Positions 8,201-15,443 of a DNA stretch of 19,900 nt are shown here, piece by piece. The position numbers were made by a program, and so were the translations under genes. Below the pieces are notes generated by a model that saw nothing but the letters and a program-made list of their open reading frames with translations, did no database searches and had not been told where the DNA came from. The stretch's first letter is position 1, and each line of letters opens with the position of its first letter. The DNA comes from Armatimonadota bacterium (GTDB taxonomy: Bacteria > Armatimonadota > Armatimonadia > Armatimonadales > Armatimonadaceae): NCBI GenBank assembly GCA_043754515.1, contig JAYUUO010000003.1, forward strand, positions 1-19,900, read 5' to 3'.

Positions 8201-9608
8201 TCCCGCTCCTATCGGCGCGAAAACGGCCACCGCTCCCTTCGCGAGCGGGTATGCAGCGGCGGACGGTAAAGTCGCCGCCATCGTCGGCGCGACGGTCCAC
8301 CCGCTGACAGGCCCGGACATCCCCGGCGGCGTGGTGCTGATGCGTGGCGGCAAAATTATCGCGGTCGGGACCAGGGAATCGGTGCCAATCCCGACCGATG
8401 CGACAGTTACGGACGCGGCGGGGCTACATGTATACCCCGGCATGTTCGACGCGGACACGGAACTCGGCTTGCGCGAGATTGACTCGGTGCGCGAAACGAT
8501 AGACGACACGGAGATCGGCGACTTTAACCCGGAACTACGCGCGGTGGTCGCGGTCAACCCGGACACCGATCTGCTCCCCGAGGCGCGGGCGAACGGCGTG
8601 TTATCGGTGGTGTCCGCGCCCGCGGGCGGGACTATCGCGGGACAGGGGGCGGTGCTGGCACTAAACGGCTGGACGTGGGAGGAGATGGCGATTGACCCGT
8701 CGTTCGGGATGTACCTACAGTTCCCGCGCACCGGGGCGCGCCGCTTCCGGGAAACGTCGCACCGCTGCGAGGACACGGCGGGCGGACAGGGGCAGGACAC
8801 GGAGCCGTCCGCACGTTCCGGCGCGTTCGTTTCGGGCGCGACCCTTGACTCACGGGCGATGCTCTTCGGGCAGTTGCCGGCGGGGGGTGGTGCCGACACC
8901 TCCGACGGCAAAGACACGCGCATCGAAAAGGCGTTGAAGCCGCTCAACGATTTCGTCGAGGCGGCGAAGCGATACCGGATGGCGAAGGATTCGGGGACAC
9001 TCAAAGAGACCGAGACGAAGTGGGAGGCGATGCTCCCGGTGCTCGCGGGGACGAAGCCGGTGTACATCCGCGCCGACAAAGAAGGCGACATCCGGGCGGC
9101 GGTTGACTGGGTGAAGACGAACGAGTTCCGCATGATCCTGGTCGGCGGGCAGGAGTCGGACAAATGCGCCGACCTTCTGGCGCGGGAGAAGGTGCCGGTG
9201 ATCCTGCGACCGGTGCTGTCTCTGCCCCGCGCGGCGGACGCGCCGTACGACGACGCGTTCACGATAGCCGGGAAGCTGGCGAAGGCGGGCGTGGAGTTCT
9301 GCCTGACGTCGGACGGCACGTCGAACATCCGGCGTCTGCCCTGGCAGGCGGCGATGGCGGCCTCTTATGGACTGGATCTGGACACCGCGCTGAAAGCGGT
9401 GACGCTATTCCCCGCGCGGATCACGGGGCAGGCGGCGCGTCTCGGTAGCCTGGAGTCGGGCAAGGACGCGACGCTGATCATTACCACGGGCAACCCGTTG
9501 GAGATCACCAGCGTCGTCAAGGCGGCGTTTATCCGGGGCGAACCGGTTGACCTCGAAACGCGGCAGAGGCGGTTGTATGAGCGGTACCGGACGCGACCGA
9601 AGCGGTAG
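5241..9608 (+). CDS. Secreted/periplasmic triple-domain amidohydrolase-family protein (~1455 aa)
   Basis: GTG 5241 follows AAAGGA (SD) and starts a signal-peptide-like segment (MPWKPVYTRVGAYSVAIALSFSLASPVLCA). Three repeats of the amidohydrolase architecture (IxxAxV...DxxGxxVxPGxxD...GSLxxGKxA...FVDG/FIRG). The middle unit has DCHSH, IKFALGEN, HCHSY, FQHVMEG and NSDD. Confidence 0.9.
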   Translation: MPWKPVYTRVGAYSVAIALSFSLASPVLCAPDTFNGNAFAPAPNTFAITNARIVSGSGKIIEHGTLVLRGGLIMAVGDGNKVATPPDARVIDGTGLSVYPALVDAFTSDGMPAASTSSAPERGAVYPVTTIRAEMDAATLLKPDTAAWGALRKSGFGAALVAPGVGLVAGTSAFVSLAPETADVSALLVRPDVAMHASWSNPKPTGADAYPQSLMGKISALRQALLDAQDADMRRADYAKNPAGKPRPVLSASVAALIPVVRKQKPLVIHADTAISIRRALRIAREFGLTPIIEGGEEAGAVADELKAAGASVLLTAALPEPPKVLDGDDNPSTLQGLRYRATVPRTAAKLAAAGVPFAFGTDGLKSVGDFRRNIRRMIAAGLSTDAATTAATQTAAKLFGVDKQIGSLAVGSLGNVLITDGDLWAAKTKIRYLFVDGKKTEVGEPATKPGVVAKTDKTDKPDVEATPEKPALTLDEIKKLLPPGVSVIQALSFLRDSPEEAVTFLPKGVSVDEAIAALEGRDASPKPGTAPKKNTDEVTAPPTVSGGLVPPLPPPMAAAFVLRGATVWTVAKDGVLAGADVYVKDGKIAAVGVGLRVPVGTAEVDARGKHVTPGIIDCHSHTALDAVNEGTNIVTAECRIQDVINPEDVNIYRQLAGGTTCANLLHGSANAIGGQNQIVKWRWGQNADGLVFAAAPKGIKFALGENPTQSNFDHDNPRYPYSRMGVERVIRESFTLARNYQSEEKAYRDGKQPLPPRRDLRMDALVEVLEGKRKVHCHSYRQDEILAMIRVADEFGFHIATFQHVMEGYKVADEIAKHGAGGSTFSDWWAYKFEVRDAIQYNGALMSERGVVTSFNSDDSELARRLNLEAAKAVHWGGLTPQEAIRFVTINPAKQLGIDAYVGSLEKGKDADLVVWSGDPLSSLTICEKTFVDGKLYFDRAADLAARPALEAEKKRLLDAEKPEKAKKPIVGGAVSALASAPAPPSPAPIGAKTATAPFASGYAAADGKVAAIVGATVHPLTGPDIPGGVVLMRGGKIIAVGTRESVPIPTDATVTDAAGLHVYPGMFDADTELGLREIDSVRETIDDTEIGDFNPELRAVVAVNPDTDLLPEARANGVLSVVSAPAGGTIAGQGAVLALNGWTWEEMAIDPSFGMYLQFPRTGARRFRETSHRCEDTAGGQGQDTEPSARSGAFVSGATLDSRAMLFGQLPAGGGADTSDGKDTRIEKALKPLNDFVEAAKRYRMAKDSGTLKETETKWEAMLPVLAGTKPVYIRADKEGDIRAAVDWVKTNEFRMILVGGQESDKCADLLAREKVPVILRPVLSLPRAADAPYDDAFTIAGKLAKAGVEFCLTSDGTSNIRRLPWQAAMAASYGLDLDTALKAVTLFPARITGQAARLGSLESGKDATLIITTGNPLEITSVVKAAFIRGEPVDLETRQRRLYERYRTRPKR
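6684..6803 (+). repeat. 24-aa tandem repeat (LPxGVSVxxAxxxL, twice) in the amidohydrolase domain 1-2 linker
   Basis: LPPGVSVIQALSFL at 6684 and LPKGVSVDEAIAAL at 6756; 72-nt period. Confidence 0.7.
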
Positions 9609-9736
9609 CCCGGCGACCGGGGCAGTAGATAGTCGGGGGCGAATGGTGAAATACACACGAGGTTCGCCGCCCGACGCGGATCCAGCCCGCCCTAGGCTTC
9701 ACCGCCCGCGCCCCGACGAAGGTTTACAACAAATAG

Positions 9737-9762
9737 CCCGCCCGATGTTTAAAACCGGCGGG
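9737..9762. repeat. Imperfect palindrome CCCGCC-CGATGTTTAAAACC-GGCGGG (REP-like element or terminator-like hairpin)
   Basis: GC arms around an AT-rich loop in the amidohydrolase-hemC spacer. Single copy in the window. Confidence 0.35.
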
Positions 9763-9871
9763 TTCGTGGCACAATGCGCGTGCCCTTATCCATCAGGCGA
9801 AAGGTACGTCGGGTACTGGGCGGGTTTGCCCCGACGAAACGCGCCCCGCGCAACGCGGTAGAATAGAGGAT

Positions 9872-10801
9872 ATGCCCTCCTCATTTCGTCTCCGCCTCGG
9901 CACACGCGGCTCCGCGCTCGCTTTATGGCAGGCGCGATACGTCGCGGAAAAAATTACCGACTGCTACCCGCACATCGAAGTAGAAACCATGGTCATCAAG
10001 ACGGCGGGCGATTTGCGGCAGGACGTGCCGCTCTCCGAAGTCGCCGGTACCGGAGTGTTTGTGAAAGAGATCGAAGCCGCGCTGACGGCAGACCGCATTG
10101 ATTGCGCGGTGCATAGCGCGAAAGATCTGCCCTCGACCGACGCGCCGGGGCTGATGCTCGCGGCATTCTGCGAGCGGGGCGACCCGCGCGACGCGCTGAT
10201 CGCGCCGAAGTATGGGACGCTCGCGGCTCTGCCGGAAGGGGCGACGGTCGCGACCGGTTCGGCGCGGCGGCAGGCGCAGCTACTCGCGGCGCGCCCCGAT
10301 CTGCGCTTCGTCGCGATCCGGGGGAATGTAGACACGCGGCTGGCGAAACTGGAACGTGGTGACGCGGACGCGCTGGTACTCGCGCTCGCGGGGCTGGCGC
10401 GGCTCGGGCGCGAGTCGGTCGTCACGGAAACGCTTGAGCCGGAATTATGTCTGCCGCAGGTCGGACAGGCGTGTATCACGGTGCAGTGCCGCTCGGCCGA
10501 CCCGGAGATCATCACGATCCTTGCGCAGTCGTGCGACCACCTGACGACGCGGCGCGAGGTGTCGTGTGAGCGGCGGTTCCTATCACTTTTGGGGGGCGGA
10601 TGCACCGCGCCGGTGGCGGCGCACGCGATCAGCAGCGACCGATTTCTGTACCTGTTCGCGCTGGCGGCGACACCCGATGGCAAGACCATTCTAAGGACAC
10701 GGAGCGGTTCCACGCTCGACAATGTGGGCGGGGTCGCGGAAGGCGCGTACCATGCGCTACTAGAGCAGGGCGCGGCAGCTCTGCTCGGGGATAATTCGTG
10801 A
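9872..10801 (+). CDS. hemC: Hydroxymethylbilane synthase (porphobilinogen deaminase)
   Basis: GTRGSALALWQA, KTAGD, GVFVKEIE, AVHSAKDLP, DPRDAL, TGSARRQAQL, IRGNVDTRLAKL, and ERRFLSLLGGGCTAPV (cofactor-binding Cys). Confidence 0.97.
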   Translation: MPSSFRLRLGTRGSALALWQARYVAEKITDCYPHIEVETMVIKTAGDLRQDVPLSEVAGTGVFVKEIEAALTADRIDCAVHSAKDLPSTDAPGLMLAAFCERGDPRDALIAPKYGTLAALPEGATVATGSARRQAQLLAARPDLRFVAIRGNVDTRLAKLERGDADALVLALAGLARLGRESVVTETLEPELCLPQVGQACITVQCRSADPEIITILAQSCDHLTTRREVSCERRFLSLLGGGCTAPVAAHAISSDRFLYLFALAATPDGKTILRTRSGSTLDNVGGVAEGAYHALLEQGAAALLGDNS

Positions 10802-10844
10802 GGACGTGTCGCATTAGACATACAGTTTTCGGAGGTTCTATTTA

Positions 10845-11333
10845 GTGCGTTTGCCCTGGCATGAAGCCGTTATAATACGAGAGCGTTTGATTATCCGCTG
10901 GCCCGCCGAGGAAAAGCGGCTACGGACGCTTATCTTCGTGCCACTTTTCGGAGTCGCGGCGTGGATATTCCTTCTGTTTCTGGGCGCGATGGCGAGTCCG
11001 CTTCTCACTCGACAGACACTCCCGCTCGAACTGACACTGGCCGCGGTTCTATTCGTATGCGGTCTTCTGACGATCTGGTTTGAGCCGCTCTGGGTGCTCG
11101 ACAGGCGAAATAACACACTTCTGCGCGGCGGGTGGCGCAAGGTCGCGCCGCTCGACGCGTTCGTCCGTTTCATCGCGAAGCGGCAGAAGGCTGGGCGCGA
11201 CATCGTCTGGTTGATGCTCGCCGAACGCGAAGACGGCACAGCGGAGAACCTAGGGACGATGGATCAGGAAGACGCCTACGAACTCGGGCGCGAACTCGCC
11301 CGCTTTACGCGGCGACCGTTCTCCTCGCGGTAG
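10845..11333 (+). CDS. Hypothetical membrane protein (two predicted TM helices plus soluble C-terminal domain)
   Basis: GGAGG SD before the GTG. Hydrophobic stretches TLIFVPLFGVAAWIFLLFLGAMA and LTLAAVLFVCGLLTIWF. Fills the gap between hemC and the convergent gene. Confidence 0.65.
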   Translation: MRLPWHEAVIIRERLIIRWPAEEKRLRTLIFVPLFGVAAWIFLLFLGAMASPLLTRQTLPLELTLAAVLFVCGLLTIWFEPLWVLDRRNNTLLRGGWRKVAPLDAFVRFIAKRQKAGRDIVWLMLAEREDGTAENLGTMDQEDAYELGRELARFTRRPFSSR

Positions 11334-11342
11334 ACCGTGACC

Positions 11343-14342
11343 TCACCCGATCACGCTCCTGCCGAGCGGAATCCCGGCCGCGAACGCCGCCGCGAAACGC
11401 ACCTCGCCGAGTGATTCGCATAGCCCGATTCGCGCCGCCTCGTGCGCCGCTTCCTCATGCCGGTACAAAAACAGACGTTCGCGCGGGGTGCGCCGCAAGC
11501 CCTCCGCCGCGCCGAGTATGCGAGCCGCCCGCTCCTCCTCGCCCCGTGCTCGCGCGAGGTAAGCAAAGCGCGCCAGTGTCCGCGCCGTCTCCCGGCTATC
11601 GCGCACCGCCTCCACCGCCTCCCATGCTTCCCCGAGCAGTCGGCCCGCCTCGTCGAGAGTGCCGTCCTGGATCGCGGCTTGCGCGAGCCGGTAGAGCGCG
11701 GTCACGATCTGTACGCGGTGGCCCGTTGCGCGGGCGACGGCGAGCGACTCGCCCAGCGCGGCGCGCGCCGCTTCCGTGTCCCCCGCGCCTAGCGCGGCGA
11801 GCGCGTGGAGGCCGAGAGAGTGGGCGAAGGCGAAACCCGGCGCGAACGGCTTCTGTATCGCCAGTGCCTCGCCATGTAACCGCAGTGCTTCGGGAAAGTC
11901 GCCCCGCTCCCGCGCGGCGGTTCCGCACATGTTGAGCGAGTTCGCGATCTGTGAATCGTTATTCGCGAGGCGGCGCGCGGCGAGGGCACGCTCGTGCATC
12001 ACTCGCGCCCGATCGAAGTCATTCTCGAACGATGCCACCATGCCTAGCCCATCCAGCAGTATCGGCGAATCGGGGGACAGCGCGAGGCCCCGCTCGAACC
12101 AGTGTCGCGCGGCGGCGTTGTCACTCTGTAGCTGGAAATGCAGGTACGCGAGCTTCTCCATCGCCCAGACGGCACCACGCACGTCGTCCCCGGTCTCCAG
12201 AAGCGCGAGTCCCCGCTCATACCGCGCGAGTGCCTCCTCAAAACGCCCGGCCATACCCGCCACGTCGCCGATCTTGAGATGCGCCCGCGCGACCTCCGAC
12301 TGGTGGGAGCGGCGTTCCCGGAGCCGTAGCAACGTCTCATAGACCGCGCCCGCCGCCGCCGCGTCGCGCCGCGTCTCGTGCATAAACCCCGTGCGCGACA
12401 GAACCGCGTCAGCCGCGTCCCGCGTGGCGTCGCTTACAGCTTCCGCCTCCGCGACCGCCGTGACTAGCGGGAGCCACGCCTCCGCCTCGGCGTAGTAGCC
12501 GAGAAACCCCCAGACGCAGACATAGTTCCGGAGCAGGGCGAGCAAAGTTTCCGTCGCCCCGCCGTCCCCACTCTCATGCCGCTCGCGCAGGTGGGCGAGG
12601 GCGTGGCGGATGTGCTCCTGCTCCGGAAGGTAGCGCGGCAACACCGCGATCACGTTCAAATCGCGCTCCGCCCGCTCCGCCCAGGGCGCGGCAAGCGCGG
12701 CGTAATAGGCCGCGTGACGCTCCCGCATGGGGGTCTCCCCGCCGCGCTCCCGGAGCCGCTCGGCGGCGTATTCGCGCACGGTCTGGATCAGCCGGTACCG
12801 CCCGCCCTCGCCGTCGCCCGCGTCCCGGAGCACGAGCGATTTGTCCACCAGAGACCCCAGTGCGTCCAGCACGCGCCAAGCGTCGAGGCTTCCCCCGACG
12901 CAGACCGTCTCCGACGCCGCGAGGGTGAAACCGCCGGGGAAGACCGACAGGCGGGCGAGTAATAGCCGTTCCTCCTCACCCAACAGATCGTAGGACCAGT
13001 CAATCAGCCCGCGCAACGTCTGTTGCCGCCGTAGAGCGGTCCGGCTCCCGCCGGTGAGTAATCGGAACCGGTCGCTCAGGCGCGGCGCGATCTCGGAAAC
13101 CGAAAGTGTCCGCACCCGCGCCGCCGCGAGCTCGATGGCGAGCGGGATGCCGTCCAGCTGGTAGCAGATTTGCGCCACCGCCGCCGCGCTCTGGTCAGTC
13201 ACCGCGAACCCCGGACACACGGAGGAGGCGCGTTCCACGAACAGGCGCACCGCCTCATACTGCCCGATCGTCCGCGCGGTCGCGGGCGCGTCCGGTTCGG
13301 GGAGCGACAGGCTGGGCACGCGGCACACGGCCTCGCCGCCGATCCCGAGCGACTCGCGGGACGAGGCGAGGATGGTAACGCGGGGGCAGGCGCGTAATAT
13401 CGTCTCCGTAAATCGGGCACACTCCCCTATCAGATGCTCGCAGTTATCGAGGACGATTAGCAGGTGACAGGCGGTAATAGCGCGGGTCAGTGTTTCGATC
13501 AGGGGCGTCCTCCCTTCGTCGCGGACGCCGACCGCGGCAGCGACGGTCTGCGCGACCCGCGACCCGTCCGTCACTGGTGCCAGTTCCGCGAAAAAGACGC
13601 CGTCCGGGTACTCGCCCAAGCACTCGGCGGCGGCCTGGAGCGAGAGCCGCGTTTTGCCACACCCGCCCGATCCGACCAGCGTCACCATCCGCCCGCCCGC
13701 GATCAGGGAGCGCACCCGCGCGAGTTCGGCCTCGCGCCCGATGAACGACGTGAGTTGCTCAGGCAGATTATTCGGCGTCGTCGTCAGGGAACGGAGCGGC
13801 GGGAAAGCGGCGGGCAGATCGGGGTGGCACGCTTGGAACAGCGGCTCCGGCCGCGCCAAGTCTTTCAGGCGGTGCGAGCCGAGCGGTTGCAGAGTCACTT
13901 CCGAAGGGATCGCGTCGCCGCCGCACAGTTCCCTAGTCGCGAGCGAGACGACGATCTGCCCGCCGTGCGCGACGGAGACGATGCGGGCGACGCGGTTGAG
14001 CGGTTGCCCCAGGTAATCGCCCTCCTCGAAAGTCGCGGTGCCGGAATGGACCGCGATACGCACCCGGAGCGCGTCATCCCCGACGACGAGGCTTTCCCTC
14101 GACAGGGCGCGTTGCACGGCCACTGCGGCGGTCAGCGCGTCGCCCGCGACCGCGAATGCGGCGCAGAACGCGTCGCCCATGGTTTTGAAGATCACCCCGC
14201 CCGCGCCCTCTATCGCGCCACGGGCGAGGCGGTCGTGCGCCGTCAGCGCGGCGCGCATCGCGCCCGGTGAGGTTTCCCAGAGGCGGGTGCTGCCTTCGAT
14301 GTCGGTGAATAGGAAGGTAACGGTTCCTGTCGGCGGTCGCAT
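11343..14342 (-). CDS. Class III adenylate/guanylate cyclase - STAND (NB-ARC-like) ATPase - TPR protein
   Basis: Cyclase motifs TFLFTDIEGST, FKTMGDAF and GDYLGQPLNRVAR; linker LGSHRLKDL; NNLPEQLTSFIGR; Walker A GSGGCGKT; Walker B LIVLDNCEH; LDGIPLAIELAAAR; Ala-rich TPR-like C-terminal half. Confidence 0.93.
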   Translation of the reverse strand: MRPPTGTVTFLFTDIEGSTRLWETSPGAMRAALTAHDRLARGAIEGAGGVIFKTMGDAFCAAFAVAGDALTAAVAVQRALSRESLVVGDDALRVRIAVHSGTATFEEGDYLGQPLNRVARIVSVAHGGQIVVSLATRELCGGDAIPSEVTLQPLGSHRLKDLARPEPLFQACHPDLPAAFPPLRSLTTTPNNLPEQLTSFIGREAELARVRSLIAGGRMVTLVGSGGCGKTRLSLQAAAECLGEYPDGVFFAELAPVTDGSRVAQTVAAAVGVRDEGRTPLIETLTRAITACHLLIVLDNCEHLIGECARFTETILRACPRVTILASSRESLGIGGEAVCRVPSLSLPEPDAPATARTIGQYEAVRLFVERASSVCPGFAVTDQSAAAVAQICYQLDGIPLAIELAAARVRTLSVSEIAPRLSDRFRLLTGGSRTALRRQQTLRGLIDWSYDLLGEEERLLLARLSVFPGGFTLAASETVCVGGSLDAWRVLDALGSLVDKSLVLRDAGDGEGGRYRLIQTVREYAAERLRERGGETPMRERHAAYYAALAAPWAERAERDLNVIAVLPRYLPEQEHIRHALAHLRERHESGDGGATETLLALLRNYVCVWGFLGYYAEAEAWLPLVTAVAEAEAVSDATRDAADAVLSRTGFMHETRRDAAAAGAVYETLLRLRERRSHQSEVARAHLKIGDVAGMAGRFEEALARYERGLALLETGDDVRGAVWAMEKLAYLHFQLQSDNAAARHWFERGLALSPDSPILLDGLGMVASFENDFDRARVMHERALAARRLANNDSQIANSLNMCGTAARERGDFPEALRLHGEALAIQKPFAPGFAFAHSLGLHALAALGAGDTEAARAALGESLAVARATGHRVQIVTALYRLAQAAIQDGTLDEAGRLLGEAWEAVEAVRDSRETARTLARFAYLARARGEEERAARILGAAEGLRRTPRERLFLYRHEEAAHEAARIGLCESLGEVRFAAAFAAGIPLGRSVIG

Positions 14343-14385
14343 GGGGCGCGTCTCGGCTCCTCTCTCGGGCTGATGGGTTGTTAGG

Positions 14386-14394
14386 AGTATAACA
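14386..14394 (-). promoter_or_regulatory. Candidate extended -10 promoter (TG-T-TATACT) for the cyclase gene, straddling the IS left end
   Basis: The minus strand reads TGTTATACT, 43 nt upstream of ATG 14342. A purine-rich GAGAGGAG lies in between. Confidence 0.45.
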
Positions 14395-15222
14395 ACTATT
14401 CAGGCATTGCGTAGTTCCCGCCTTCCGCGATAAAGTTACTACGAGACTAATGACAGAAGAGCAAGCCAAAACCCTATACCGTCAAGGAGAGGATGACTTG
14501 GTGCCTTTCTTGATGGATATCTTCCGGCTCGAAGAACAGATCGCCAAAAATTCGGGCAACTCCTCTAAACCTCCCGGTAGCGACGGTTTAAGTAAAGCCC
14601 CTCTCAAACCCGCGCCACGGAGTCTGAGAAAGAAGACGGCGAGGAAACCGGGCCGACAAACGGGACGAACGGGGAAGACTCTCTTGCGGGTGGAGCAACC
14701 AGATCAGATTGTTTCGCACCGACCCTCCTCCCGTGCTCATTGCGAAGTCTCCCTGCGCGAGGCAACTGGCGTTACCTATTCACGGCGGCAAGTCTTCGAG
14801 ATGCCCGAGCCTAGAATCGTGGTAACGGAACACCGCGGTCTCCATGTCAATTGCCCCTGTTGCGGCAAAGAGAATCGGGGTACTTTCCCCGCCGGGGTGA
14901 ATCATTGTGTCCAATAGGGTTCCCGCCTATTAGGGTTCGCGACCTATTTCCATAGCGGGCATCTGTTGCCCTTTGCTCGCTGTGCCCAAATCGGCCGAGA
15001 TATCACGACGGCCTCCTTTGCGCGGGTAGCCTATCCGATGCTCTTGCCACCGCAAACAAGCGACTCGATGCTTTCGACGGACGGCTTGCGGACATTTTCT
15101 GTGGCCTTCGCGGTTATATTGTGACGTGTCAGAAACAGGGAATGGCATTGCTTGGGATGTCTGCGCTCCCTCTTTGCTGGCAATCCTATTTTGCCTTCTC
15201 TAAACCCTACCTGAATAGTTAC
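14392..15222 (+). mobile_element. Internally deleted IS66-family (ISBst12-like) element, 831 bp
   Basis: IRL acAACTATTCAGG (14392-14404). IRR CCTGAATAGTTAC (15210-15222; reverse complement GTAACTATTCAGG). Flanking 8-bp near-duplication GGAGTATA (14384-14391) / GAAGTATA (15223-15230). Lower GC than the flanks. Confidence 0.9.
14450..15214 (+). pseudogene. IS66 transposase (TnpC-like) pseudogene
   Basis: KNSGNSSKPPGSDG, RKPGRQTG, RRQVFEMP..VTEH..CPCCG. Premature TAG at 14915-14917 where Tyr of 'VQYG' is expected; similarity continues (GSRLLGFATYFHSGHLLPFARC) to ~15020. It then jumps to the extreme C-terminus (FCGLRGYIVTCQKQGM from 15097, frameshift, LRSLFAGNPILPSLNPT*). The catalytic core is absent. 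Confidence 0.88.
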
Positions 15223-15336
15223 GAAGTATATACGCTTTCGTCCTGTATTCGCTTTTGTTCCACGGTCACCATGTAATTTCCTTCCAACGCGGCGGACGGG
15301 GTCAGAGGCGTAGACTCGCCCCGGTCCCCGGAAGTA

Positions 15337-15365
15337 TTGACGCCCCTTATCGCGCGTGTTATCCT
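15337..15365 (+). promoter_or_regulatory. Sigma70-type promoter for the oxidoreductase genes
   Basis: TTGACG (15337-15342), 17-nt spacer, TATCCT (15360-15365), with a TG-n extension. Confidence 0.6.
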
Positions 15366-15443
15366 AACCACGGTGCCGGGGCTGTGATCTGTTCCGGCGC
15401 ACGAACTCTAAAACTTTCACGAAAAGGTCACGCGACTCAACTT

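Noticed and set aside
9783..9860. SAM-I riboswitch resemblance (CTTATCCA...CCCGACGAAAC...GCAAC) upstream of hemC
   Set aside because: The AGAG after AUC, the GCAACC/GGUGC P3, P4 and the 3' P1 strand are missing, and the spacing does not fit before the ATG.
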